Part shown: positions 12,976 to 25,134 of the stretch, in pieces
Position numbering within the stretch: position 1 is the first letter of the stretch
Layout: the number at the start of each line of letters is the position of its first letter
From: Mobula hypostoma
Taxonomy: Eukaryota
Reading direction: 5' to 3'
Assembly: GCF_963921235.1 (NCBI RefSeq)
Contig: NC_086097.1
Location: forward strand, 178,376,001 to 178,440,000
DNA: 64,000 nucleotides
Translations under genes and position numbers: made by a program
The notes under the pieces: generated by a model
What the model was told of the DNA's origin: nothing
Databases searched by the model: none
The model's input: the letters and a program-made list of their open reading frames with translations, nothing else

Positions 12976-13113
12976 CTTTTTACGAGGTCGAGTTGCTAGC
13001 TCAACGCTCAACCCAGCACAGATGGAGAGCGTGCAACGGAGCCAGCCGGATTCGAATTCAGGACCTCTCGCCCCGAAGTCCAGCGCCAATGCCACTATGC
13101 CACCAGCCGGCTA
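12976..13113 (-). mobile_element. tRNA-derived SINE (short copy)
   Basis: A box TGGCATAGTGG and B-box-like ATTCGAATCC, then GGGTTGAGCG..GCAACTCGACCTCGTAAAA shared with the 15823 copy. Confidence 0.8.
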
Positions 13114-13442
13114 TTTTTGATGGTGTCGAGACTAATGCGTGATTTGGATTTAAGTGAGGGAGAGTTGCGCAGCGTCAGCCTCACTCTCTCTTCCCAATTC
13201 CCATCTGGATCCAGTGGCAAGACAGTGTCTAGACGGCTGGAGATGGGACTAGGCGCAGTGGATGACCAGGACGTCTTCTGTGTCTTGTCCTGCTCTACCC
13301 GTTCCACGACGCTTGCAGCGACCGCCTTCTTGACCGTTGGACCTTCCATTGGTCTCATCCGCTCAATCTGCCAGAGTCTGTCTTCACATGCTGGGATAGA
13401 CAACTCCCTATCTCACCGAGGGTTTGAGACCCGTCGGCTACC

Positions 13443-13789
13443 CTCACCTGGTTTAGCTGGCTTGTCGAAGCTGTTGCCTGGGGTGTGGCCGCTGTCACAA
13501 GCAAACAGCTACAGGGAGCCACAGGTGAGAGCTGAGTGCCAGGTGGGGACCAAAGGTGGACTAACCATCCTGAAAAGGACGCAAAATAGTCATAGTCATA
13601 CTTTATTGATCCCGAGGGAAATTGGGTTTCGTTACAGTTGTACCAACCAAGAATAGAGTATAAGTATATCAATATAAAACCATAAATAATTAAATAATAA
13701 TATATAAATTATGCCAGGAAATAAGTCCAGGACCAGCCTATTGGCTGACATGTTCCCCCACCGGAGGTGCTACCCCTCCCTGACACCCC
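13443..13789 (-). ncRNA. HDV-like self-cleaving ribozyme fold, interrupted in J1/2 by a later insertion
   Basis: P1 GGGGTGT/ACACCCC, P2 CTCACCTG/CAGGTGAG, P3 GGC/GCC, L3 starting TCC, then GGCAAC, P4 hairpin and J4/2 GCTAA, in canonical order. Confidence 0.7.
13587..13746 (-). mobile_element. Rex1/Babar-type LINE 3' tail with (TATGAC)n end
   Basis: Closely similar to 25772-25900, which continues into Rex1-type coding sequence. Confidence 0.8.
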
Positions 13790-14099
13790 ATACACCTCTC
13801 TTGATGTTACCATCGGGCAGGAGGTACAGGAGCCTCAAAGCCCCACACCTCAAGATTCAAGAACAGCTCCTTCCCCACTATTATCAGGTGCTTGAGCCCA
13901 CTTGGAGAATCCAGACATTACCTCATACAATATTTCTCTCTCAACTTGCACTCGTTTATCTTGTTGAATATTTTTGCACATGGGTAAGTTGTATATAATT
14001 TACGTTAATGGAAGTTTATGTTTGTTCTTATCTTGTAACATACTGTGAGGCTGCTGAAAGAAGCTATTTTTTGTGGCATTTATTCTCTGTGTATGCAAG

Positions 14100-14600
14100 C
14101 TCTTGCAGGTTTATTATTACTGTCTTATACTGTATTCTATGAAATTTGATGTTTTGTTTCAGCACTACTCTGCAAATACATAAAATTATTATAAATTACA
14201 AACATGAATAGTGCAATGAAAGGAATAATAAAGCAGTGTTCATTAATTCATGGACTCTTCAGAAATCGGATGGTGAAGAGGAAGAAGCTGTTCTTAAATC
14301 ACTGAGTGTGGGTCTTCAAGCTCCTATACCTCCTCCCCAATTGTAGTACGTATTGAAAAGGAGCTTGCCTCAGATACAGAGGGTGCTTAGTAATGGATGC
14401 TGCCTTCTGGAGGCTCTGCCTTTTGAAAATGGCATCAATGTTGGGGAGAGCTGTGCCCATGATGGAGCTAGCCGAATCTACAACCCTGTGCATTGGAGCC
14501 TCCATAACAGGTGGTGATGGAACCCAGCATGCACTTGTAGAAATCTGTAGGAGTTTTGGTGACATACCAAATCTCTTCAAACTCCTAACGAAGTCTAGAA
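14100..14600 (-). mobile_element. Rex1/Babar LINE 3' fragment
   Basis: ORF 14299..14580 has RFGMSPK, KAASI and GRRYRSLKTHTQ. Confidence 0.8.
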
Positions 14601-14764
14601 GACCGAGTGCTGGTGAATGGGATTGGTACAGCTAAGTACTTGATGGCTAGTGTAAACAGGATAGGCAGAAGGGCATATTTCTGTACAGTATAGCTCTATG
14701 ACTTTACAAAGTTCCTGTAAAAGGAATATGGAACTTAAACAGTAACCTCACTCACCAAGTTAGA

Positions 14765-15135
14765 ATAGTTTGCCAATCTATTTGTGCTCATTCCTGAGAA
14801 TTCCTCCTACATGGCTTCCACTTATCACCATCATCTCCACTCTGTGGCCATTGGCTGCCCATTGCCACATGGCTGCATCTTCACTGACCAATCAGAGTGT
14901 GTATATAGAATTTATCATATGATTGGATGGAGCTTCACTCTCAGCCAAACGTTCTGCATCCCATCACCGAGAGTTTCAGGAGAAGTAAGCCAGAGCATTC
15001 AAAGGTAATTTTAATAAAACATTTTTATAATACTCCTGTGGGTTTCATACCCAGGTGTGGAACATAGCACAGTTTCAGAGATTAATCTTTCATTCCAAGA
15101 GTCTCCAGGGCTTCCCGGAAGAACTGGCAACCTTA
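14765..15135. mobile_element. Possible old hAT (Tip100-like) MITE
   Basis: Degenerate termini TAGTTTGCCAA and CTGGCAACCTTA. The interior has several CCAAT/ATTGG motifs. No clear TSD. Confidence 0.35.
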
Positions 15136-15822
15136 ATTTGGAAAAGGTTTGAATGATTTTGTTTTTGATGTGCTTACAGCAGGGGATCTCTCTCCAGGCA
15201 ACAACCAGGGGAATTCAACAAAGAACCCTGAGACAATTCTTCATGAAGCACTCCACAGGAGGTGATTACGAAGGGTGATTGTGAACCAGAAAGGCAAATG
15301 TGCACAGAGGAGGCTGACCTTTAGTTAGCAGTGCTAGGGGACTGTGATACATTGGAGTGAATAAGGGCTCCTTTTGACTCCTTATGGGGGTTCAAAACCA
15401 TTTCATTAATAAAATGTGCTATGCACCTCTCATACTAAAACAGGCTTTGATTCTTCTCTTTCAATGGACTGGCACATGTGAAGCCAATTAATTTATTTAG
15501 TGAAATTCAAACTCAGGTGCCTGTCATCCCTATGATAAACTACCCCTTCTAATTTTTCTCAGCGTACTTCTTGAAGTCTTGATCTCCCAATCTGCCTCCT
15601 TGTGGTCCTAGCACTTCATTCATTGACCTGCACTTTGTGGATGATATTAAAATGGGTGATGTTGTAAATAGTATGTAAGGTTATGAAAAATAAAAGGGAT
15701 ATCTCAATCAGCTGGGAATATGGGCTGAGGATTGGCAACTGGTTTTCAATCCTGACAAATCTGAGGTATTGTATTTTTGAGATCAAACTAGTGTAGAACT
15801 TGTATAGAAAAGGTAGGGCCCT

Positions 15823-16143
15823 GGTCCGACTGTTGGCGCAGTAACATTGGCGCCGGACCCGGGAGCGGAGGTTCCCGGGTTTGAAAGCAGTCGGGTCCGC
15901 TCCTGAGTACGCTTTCCATCCATGCCGGGTTGAGTGTCGTGATCGCAACTCAACCTCGTAAAATAAAGGGAAAAATACTGCGAAAATGTCTCTGTGAGGA
16001 GTGGTGCGACACACAGTCTCTCTCTTGCTCTGCGCCTTGTAAAAAGCCATGAAAGACACCATCAAGGACGCACGCAGACGCACATGCAGATGCAGACACA
16101 CATGCACAGACTTGCTGGCACGCACGCAGGCACACGCCAAAAA
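15823..16143 (+). mobile_element. Young full-length tRNA-derived SINE inside a CR1 fragment
   Basis: TSD AAAAGGTAGGGCCCT at 15808-15822 and 16144-16158. A box TGGCGCAGT, B-box-like GGTTTGAAAGC, CpG-rich, with a (GCAC)-rich tail. Confidence 0.85.
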
Positions 16144-16239
16144 AAAAGGTAGGGCCCTGGGGAGTGTTACGGAACAGAGAGATCTAGGAGTGCAAGATGC
16201 TGGCTGACTTGCTGAGTTCTTTCAGCATTTTATGTATTG

Positions 16240-16970
16240 TGCCAATCCATATACCTATCCAAATGAATTCTGTAACTTGTTATTTTACCTACCTTAACCA
16301 CTTCCTCTGGCAGCCCATTCCACAGAGATACCAATGTTTCTGTAAAAGAATTTGCCCTAGTTTCCTATTAAATCTCTCTCCCTCTTACCTTAAACCTATG
16401 TCCTTCCCCTCACGCTGGGGAGAAACACTGTGGGCAGTCATCCTATCTATGCCCCTCATGTCAGTCTCCTTTGCTCTACGGAATAAAGTCCTAGTCTGTC
16501 CAACCTCTCCCTATAACTCAGTCCTTCAAATCCTGGAATCATCCTTGTAAATCTTTTATGCATTCTTTCCAGTTTAATAACACTTTCCCTTTAGCAGGGC
16601 GACCAAAACTGCATGCAGTACTTGTGTGTCCTGTACAAATGCACCATGATCTTCAACTTTTATACTGAATGCTCTGATTGATGAAGACCAGCATGCTCCA
16701 CTAACAGTGAGCCATGTACTTGTACTCCAATGTGCCTCCGTTCTGTAACACTCTCCAGAGCCCTGCCAATCCATCTGCAAGTCATACTGGATTTGACATT
16801 CCCAAATGCAGCACATCACACTTATCTGAATTCAACTCCATTTGCCATTCCTTGGCCCACTTACTCAGCTGATTAAGATCCCCCTGTAATTTTTAATATC
16901 ATTCTTCATTGTCCATCTTGCCACCTATTTTAGTGTCATCTGCAAAAGTGGTAACAATGCCTTGTACATA
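16240..16970 (-). mobile_element. Old CR1 fragment
   Basis: TTTGCAGATGACACTAAA (FADDTK) on the minus strand and a CR1 tail. Confidence 0.75.
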
Positions 16971-18749
16971 GTATCTACCTCAAAGTAACTAGTTGTTCTC
17001 CCATTTTAAAATGCAGATTTCAATTTGAACTTGCTTGAGCGCTGATCAGAAAGCAGGTGATTTTTTTCTAGTGGTAAGAGATTGAAGGATGTTGATGTTT
17101 GGAGCACCCTGTGTGTGCCTTTATACGATTCACTGAAAATTAACATGCACAAATATCAAGCAATTAGAAAGACAAATGGCATCTTGACCTTTGTTGTAAG
17201 GGAGTTTCGTACAGAGTAAAGATATCCAACTGAAATTATGTAGTGCCTTGTTGAGGCTGCACCTGGAAATTTGTGCACAGTAAGCGCAGCAAAAGTTCAC
17301 CAAATTGAATAATAATGTAGAGGGATAATTCTGCGAGATGAATTAAGCAGATTGCACCCATCCTCTTCAGAGTTTAACTTGAGAGGTGACCTCATTGAAA
17401 CACACAGAATTCCACAGTCTAGGCATTAATGCTCCAAGGAATTTGTGTCCACTAATTCTCCTAACAAAACGCATCATCTCACTTTTATCTACACTGAAAT
17501 TCCTTTACCATAAAATCCAGTTGATGTTACTTTATCACCAGTAACAAGACAATGTTAAAAATAACTGATTAGAAAAAGCCTGGGCATGAAACAGGAGTGT
17601 TCACAGCACTGAAAATTTTAGCCCTTTTCCCATGTTGCGACATTAAATTATCCCTTATTTTGTCTCCTAATTTCAATTGCCAATCTTTGCAGATTCATCC
17701 AAGCCTATTGTTGGGAGGAACCCCCAGTGATCATTCCCTGCTCGCGAATGCATTTCCTTTCTAAAAGCATGGCATGCAGTCAAAGCAGCCTGCTGTCCAC
17801 CCACTACAGGGAGCTGTCGGGTGGCATAGATTGCAAACCTATTTAAAGATTCTGGCCGTGTTTATTTTAAGAGTGACAGGCAGTGAAATAGGTTACATTC
17901 CTGAGCCGAAATGAGTGATTGTTGTTGCCTGTGTGAGACTCAGTCAAGCCTGCACTTACACCTCATTTACGTCTCCTAAGCACAGAGAGATAAAGGAAAG
18001 AGAGAGACCATTCAGGCCATCAAATCTATGCTGTTCCTTGAAAGATCTATTTGTATTAGTTTCAGAGAGATACAGCATAGGAGCAGACCCTTTTAACCAC
18101 GTGGTTCTTGAACCAGCCTGCACAACCCTGATCAGTACATAAGTATAGCAACACTGTCTACTTTGCACTTCAATGGACTTAGTTTTTTTTGTTCTTATAA
18201 GTGTATTTTGTAAAATATATGTATAATGTATGTTTAGTTTGTGTTTTTTTGTGAATGCCGTGTCTCTGATGCTATGTGCCTATGAAGCTGCTGCCAGGAA
18301 GTTTTTCATTGCACCTGTGCATGCTGAACATGAGAAGCTGTTGATGATTCGGGTCGAGACCGTGCACCAGGACCAAAAAACATTAACGATTCCTTCCTCC
18401 TGCAGATTGTTTGGTGCTCCACATTCTGATATCTGCAGCCTTTTGTGTCTCCAACCTGCAAACCACTTCTTTTTAGCTTGTGGGAGGAAACTGGAGCACC
18501 AAGAGAAAATCCATAAGGCCACGGGGATAATTCTTCTGCTCCTTTTCCTTTTCCTACTACACCTCCCCAACTCCTCCCACGAAACCAATTTTGTATCCCA
18601 TTCACAAAGCCATGGCGACCACCCCCAATCAGTCTTCGCCTTTTCAAATGCAGACAGATCCTGTCTCTCAGAAACTTGCACATTGCTGAGGTTTAGATCA
18701 GTGTCCTGCATTTTCAAGGATTTTTGCCCTTGCCTTTCTCAAATTAAAA

Positions 18750-20700
18750 AAAAACATAGAAACATAGATAACCTACAGCACAATACAGGCCCTTTGGCCA
18801 ACAATGCTGTGCCCAACATGTCCTCATCTTAGAAATTACCTAGGGTTACCTATAGCCCTCTATTTTTCTGAGCTCCATATAACTGTCCAGGAGTCTCTTA
18901 AAAGACCCGATTGTATCCGCCTCCACCACTGTCGCCAGCAGCCCATTCCATGCACTCGCCACTCTCTGTGTTTTTAAAAAAAACAACTTACCCCTGATAT
19001 CACCTCTGCACCTACTTCCAAACACCTTAAAACTGTGCCCTCTCGTGCTAGCCATTTCCATCCTGGGAAAAAGCCTCTGACTATCCACACAGGATCAATG
19101 CCTCTCATCAATTTATACACCTCTATCAGGTCACTTCTCATCTTCCGTCGTTCCAAGAAAAAAGGCCATGTTCACTCAACCTATTCTCATAAGGCATGCT
19201 TCCCAATCCAGGCAACATCCTTGTAAATCTCCTCTGCACCCTTTCTATGGTTTCCACTTCCTTCCTGTAGTGAGGTGACCAGAACTGAGCACAGTACTCC
19301 AAGTGGGGTCTGACCAGGGTCCTATATAGCTGTAACATTATATCTCGGCTCCTAAACTCAGTCCCACGATTGATGAAGGCCAATGCACCATATGCTTTCT
19401 TAACCACAGAGTCAATTATACTTTATACATTATACTTTATTGTCACCAAACAGTTGATACTAGAATGTACAATCATCACAGTGATATTTGATTCTGCGCT
19501 TCCTGCTCCCTGGATTACAAATATTAAATATTAAAAACAGTAAAAATTAGTAAATATTAAAAATTTAAATTATAAATCATAAATAGAAAATAGAAAAATG
19601 GGAAGTAAGGTAGTGCAAAAAAACCGAAAGGCAGGTCCGGATATTTGGAGGACACGGCCCAGATCCAGGTCATTTATAAAAATCACAAAGAGTAGGGGTC
19701 CCAGAACAGATCCCTGAGGCAGACCACTGATCACTGACCTTCATGAAGAATATGACCTGTCTACAACCACTCTTTGCCTTCTGTGGGCAAATCAGTTCTG
19801 GATCCACAAAGCAATTTTCCCTTGGATCCTATGCCTCCTTACTTTCTCAATAAGCCTTGCATGGAGTACCTTGTCAAATGCCTTGCTGAAATCCATATTG
19901 TCTACATCTACTGCTCTACCATCATCAATGTGTTTAGTCACATCCTCAGAAAATTCAATCAGGCTCGTAAGGTATGACTTGCCTTTCACAAAGTCATGCT
20001 GACTATTCCTAATCCTATTATGCCTCTCCAAATGTTCATAAATCCTGCCTCTCAGGATCTTCTCCATCAACTTACCAACTCACTGGCCTATAATTTCCTG
20101 GGCTATCTCTACTCCCTTTCTTGAATAATGGAACAACATCCACAACCCTCCAATCCTCTGGAACCTCTCCCATCCCCATTGATGATGTGAAGATCATTGT
20201 CAGAGGCTCAGCAATTTCCTTCCTCAGTAGCTTCAGGTACATCTTGTCTGGTCCCGATGACTTACCGAACTTGATGCTTTCCAAAAGCTCCTGCACATCC
20301 TCTTCCTTAATATCTACATGCTCAAGCTTTTCAGTCCACTGTAGGTCATCCCTACAATCACCAAGATCCTTTTCCATAGTGAATACTGAAGCAAAATACT
20401 CATTAAGTAAGTCTGCTATCTCATCCGGTTCCATACACACTTTTCCACTGCCACACTTGTTTGGTCCTATTCTCTCATGTCTTATCCTCTTGCTCTTAAC
20501 ATACTTATAGAATGCCTTGGGGTTTTCCTTAATCCTGCCCGCCAAGGCCTTCTCATGGCCCCTTCTGGCTCTCCTAATTTCTTTCTTGAGCTGCTTCCTG
20601 CTAGCCTTATAATCTTCCAGCTCTCTATCATTACCTACTTTTTTGAACCTTTCGTAAGCTCTTCTTTTCTTCTTGACTAGATTTACAACAGCCTTTGTAC
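18750..20700 (-). mobile_element. 5'-truncated CR1 LINE
   Basis: IKENPKAFYKYV, PGNYRPVS, DFSKAFDKV, LVRPHLEYC and a TCTATGTTTCTATG tail. Confidence 0.92.
19414..19672 (-). mobile_element. Rex1-type LINE 3' tail replacing part of the CR1 RT
   Basis: Reverse complement of the 21640-21900 tail, with a (TAAAGTA)-like end. Confidence 0.75.
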
Positions 20701-21139
20701 ATATAGTACAGCATTAGCTATGCTCCAGTCCTCTCCATGGCTAAATGAGATACAATGATTCGTGCCAAGACCCTAGCAACCTCCTCCTTTGCTTTCTAAA
20801 TCATCCAAGAATACACACACAGGCCGTTGGGATTTACCCCCATTATGCATCTCCAGATCTCTTACCACCTCCTCCTCTATTATTTTGATATACTATGGGA
20901 TATCACTGTTTCCTCCACTGAACTCAGCAGCTTCCCCCTCCTTTCCAAGGCAAAAAGACAAGAAGGATTCATTTAAAACCTTGCTCATTTCCAAAGGCTC
21001 CTCACACACATTACCGTGATCATCCAACTTCCCCTCTAGCTGCCCATTTCATATACTTGTAGAATCTTTTTGGATCCTCCACTGTCTTTATCAGGGATAT
21101 CTGATGCCCCGTGTGCCATCCTAGTTTCCTTCTTAAGCA

Positions 21140-22020
21140 GATTCCGTATGTTATCAAGTACACCAACAAACTTCTACAGATACACTGTAGGGAGTATCTT
21201 GACTGATTGCATCATGGCCTGGAACAGCAAATCCAAACCACAGGAACACGAGGCACAGGGAGTAGTGCACACAGCCCTCCCACCACTGACAGCACCTGCA
21301 AGAGGTGCCGCCTCAGGAAGGCGACAGCTATAATCAAACCATCACCAGTATACAAGTCATGCCCTCTTCTCACTGCTACCATCAGTAGCCTAAGGTCCCA
21401 CATCACCGGGTTCAGGAACAACTGTCAGGTTCTTAAGTTGACCTGCACAACCTTATCTCTACCTCAACAACAGAACACTACAGACGACCTCTTGAACTAG
21501 CATGGACTTGTGTCTGATTGTGCTTCACTGTTGTATAATTTATATAGATATAACCTATCTCAGGAGCTTGAAGACTCGTATGGCCAGATTTGGGAACAGC
21601 TTCTTTTTAACTGTGATAAGACTGCTGAACGGATCCTGACCCGGATCTGGGCTGTACCCTCCAAACATCCGGACCTGCCTCTCGGTTTTTTTTGCACTAC
21701 CTCACTTTCCATTTTTCTATTTTCTATTTATGATTTATAATTTAATTTTTTTAATATTTACTAATTTTTACTATTTTTAATATTTAATATTTGTAATCCA
21801 GGGAGCGGGAAGTGCAGAATCAAATATCGCTGTGATGATTGTACGTTCTAGTATCAATTGTTTGGCAACAATAAAGTATAAAGTATAAAAAAAGTATAAA
21901 AGTATGTTTAATTTATGTACTGTGTGTTGTCTGAATCTACGTTCCTGAAATATTGCTGTAAGCAAGTTTTTCATTGTACCTGTACCTCGCCATACTTGCG
22001 CACATGATGATAAACTCAAC
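21140..22020 (+). mobile_element. Nested Rex1/Babar 3' fragments
   Basis: TNFYRYTVGSILTDCIMAW and KATAIIK, plus a younger tail at about 21555-21905. Confidence 0.75.
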
Positions 22021-22355
22021 CTGTCATGAGGTGTACTCTAAGTCGTTTGTTCTCTTCAGATGACTTGCTTGATCCCAGCTGCCTCGACCTGACATATGCC
22101 TCCTTCTTTTGGGATGTCTTTGGAATATAGGAGGAAACCAGTTACAGGGAGAACATCTGAATTCCACACAGGTCAGGATTGAAGCAGTGTGCTGCACGTC
22201 AGCTCTGATGGTTTTCTCTACTCCCATGAGATGTGAGAAGCAGCATTTGAGGAGGATTGGAGAGAAGTGCTGGGCCTTTTTTGACACCAGACTTCACTGA
22301 GGTTGTGTCTGCTGCAGACCTAGTGGTTAGGATCATGGCTTGCACAGCATCTCGA

Positions 22356-22549
22356 GCAGTGGAATCGAGAGGTGGGGGTTCCCAGTCTCTCCCCACTGTA
22401 TCACAGGCAGTGGAATCGAGAGCTGGGGTTCCCAGTCTCTCCCCACTGTATCGCAGGCAGTGGAATCGAGAGGTGGGGGTTCCCAGTCTCTCCCCACTGT
22501 ATCACAGGCAGTGGAATCGAGAGCTGGGGTTCCCAGTCTCTCCCAACTG
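22356..22549. repeat. Tandem repeat of a ~51-bp unit, nearly 4 copies, alternating variants
   Basis: GCAGTGGAATCGAGAG(GTG/CT)GGGGTTCCCAGTCTCTCCCCACTGTATCRCAG repeated. Confidence 0.92.
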
Positions 22550-22659
22550 ACAGAGCTGGCTTCAGTCAGACAGGTCAGGTGGCTGGGTACATACACATGC
22601 ACACAAACACATGGGGGTTGGAGGTTGTGAAGGTCATATAAATTGTATCTCAAGATGCA

Positions 22660-22930
22660 TGACGTCTTTCTCTCATATATGTGCTCACTTCCACATATAT
22701 ACACTCATAGATATGCCTACACACATGTTCACACATGCCCTCATACACTCATGCACAAAAGCACATACATACACGCTCACATGCACACACTTTGTTATAG
22801 AGATACACATGGACACACACAAACACCCACATGCACACTCATACCCGCACACATATATACACACACTCGCATATTCACATACAGACAAACATATACACAT
22901 GTGCTCACACACTCACACTACACATGTCCC
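22660..22930. repeat. Degenerate (CA/TA) low-complexity tract
   Basis: Seen directly. Confidence 0.85.
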
Positions 22931-24449
22931 CAAATACATTTCACTTATTTCCCCCATTTAAAATAATTGTGATTTTCTTTCAATAGCTCTTTTCAAAAAG
23001 AATGTCTTAAAGTGCATTCCCTGCCTGGTAACAAAAACTTCAAGGCATCCTATATCCCCTTGAATTCTAAGTTCAGTAGCAAACACAGCCTGAATTAACT
23101 TTGGAACAAGTTGCCTAAACTAAATACGCTTTGGAACAGGATGATCCTGCCCTATATCCTGGGATTAAGATTTATCCGGATCAAGCTCCCGGGCTGAACT
23201 GGATGTCCTGTTAGGAGCTTACTTTCGTCTGAGGCTTGAGCTGAGTTTCCATCCTTAAAGGCACTTAAAGCCATGGTTTCACTTTCTTTTCGTTGGAGAG
23301 GCAGGAGTCTACAAGAACAAAATGCTGAGATGATGAGTGCAACTGTAAGATGCAGAATTGCTTCAAAGGCAGGCAAGAGTGGATAGAAATTAAGTTCCTG
23401 AATTGGGGGAAACTGATTTCTAACTGGTAAGACAAGTACTTGCTCCCTGTTTACTGTTGAAAACATGGGGCAATATAGCACAGGTGCAGGGCTTTCACTG
23501 ATTCCATCCTAATTTCGTTTGCCTACATATGGTCCATATCCCTCTATTATCATGTGCTTGTCTAAATGCCTCTTAAATATTGCACCACGTCCTTTAACAG
23601 TGCACATTCCAGGCACCTATGACTATCTGTATAAAATTTTGCCTTGTTAATCTCCTTTCAAAAATCTATGCTCTCTAGTATTTGAAATTTCCACCCTGGG
23701 GAAGGGAATCTAGCTAGCCACCCTATCGGTACATCTAATCTATCATTTTATAGGTATTTGTCAGGTCTGCCCTCAGCCCCTGATGCCCCAAGCTTGTCCA
23801 ACCTCTCCTTAGAGCCAATACTCTCCCATTGTTCAGCATTTTGGTGAACCTCCTCTACATGCAGCTAGTGAGAATCATTCAAAAATTTAATAGTGAAGGT
23901 TCAGGGCAAAGTGTTCCTTTAAGAGCCAAAGGTAAGACTGATAAGTCAAAGCAAAACAGGCTGTCAAGAGACGTTGAAGGTTGGACAAAGGAAAAATGAT
24001 AGGACAACACGCAAAGGAACAGGTGGAGCTCAACAGTTCAGGCAGCATGTATGGAAGGAAATGGTCAGACTAGATACTGCAGTGTAGATACCCCATAGAC
24101 GCTGTCTGACCTGCTGAGTTCCTCCAACTCATTTGTGTGTTGCTCCAGATTTTCAGCTTCTGCTTTCTCTTAACCCCGAATTAAATAATAGGCAAACAGT
24201 TTTGGTATTGGAATGGATTTATTATCAACTCCTAAACCGAGAGAGTATAGTGAAAAGCTAGTCTTGCATACTGTTCATACAGATCAAATCATTGCACAGA
24301 GCATTGAGGTAGAACAAGGTAAAACAATAGCAGAATGCAGAATAAAGTGTACCAGCTACAGAGAAAATGCAGTGCACTTCCTGATGGTCTGAGGTAAATT
24401 AGTTATCTCCATGGGCAGGCTTCCTATTAGCATTAGTGTTGGTTTATTG

Positions 24450-25070
24450 TAGTCTTTTAGTAGATTTTGGGTGGCATCCATGCAGATCATTTCACCAGAT
24501 CAGTACATCGAAGTAGTACAAAGTAAAGCATTAACAGAATCAGAATAAATGTTACAGTTACAGAGAAAGTGCAGTGCAGGTAGATGATAAGGTGCAAGGG
24601 ATTTGACGAGGTGGATTGTGAGGTCAAGAGTTCATCTTACTGTACTAAGTTACTGTTCAATAGTTTTATACCAGCAGGATAGAAGCTGCCCTTGGGCATG
24701 GTGGTGCTTGCTTTCAGGCTTTTGTATCTTCTGACTGATGGGAGGGAAGTGTCTGATGATACTGGCTGCTTTACTGAGGCAGTGAGAAGTGTAGCCAGAG
24801 TCCATGGAGGGGAGGCTAGTTTATGTGATGAACTGAGCTGTGACCACAACTCTCGAGTTTCTTGCAGTCTTGGGCAGAGTGGATGACATCCCAAACCATG
24901 ATACATCTGGTTAGGATACGTTCTAGAGTCCATCGATTAAAAATTGGTTGTGGCAAAGGGGACATGCCAAATTTCCTCAGCCTCCTGAAAAAGTAAAGGT
25001 GCTGGTGTACTTTCTTGACCATGGCATCTATGTGCATGTCCATTCAAAGGGATTTGAAGCTCTCAATTCT
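24450..25070 (-). mobile_element. Rex1/Babar LINE 3' fragment
   Basis: HIDAMVKKVHQHLYFFRRLRKFGM and PSVRRYKSLK. Confidence 0.8.
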
Positions 25071-25134
25071 GTGGAGTTGTGTTACTGTGTCAAACTTCTG
25101 CTGATTTTATTTGTCCATTTACAGGATATTAGTA

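Larger units (their letters stand above)
12933..13798 (-). mobile_element. Non-autonomous RTE-type retroposon (structured 5' region, 3' hairpin, GAT-like tail)
   Basis: TSD TCTCGACGTTA (12922-12932) vs TCTTGATGTTA (13799-13809), differing only at CpGs. 3' stem CTCGACACCAT/ATGGTGTCGAG. No recognisable RT coding sequence. The RTE assignment rests on remembered UTR resemblance. Confidence 0.6.
12560..13900 (+). mobile_element. Rex1/Babar-type LINE 3' fragment hosting nested insertions
   Basis: AWYGNC...LQRLV before the inserts and LPSGRRYRSLK after them (13711..13998). Confidence 0.7.

Noticed and set aside
12976..13113. tRNA gene
   Set aside because: A/B boxes run into a SINE body shared with another copy; no complete cloverleaf.
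13095..13672. ORFs of 102-179 aa in the RTE-type element
   Set aside because: No recognisable domain; better explained as structured, GC-rich non-coding sequence.
22257..22966. Cluster of ORFs in several frames
   Set aside because: Produced by the 51-bp tandem repeat and CA-rich low complexity.
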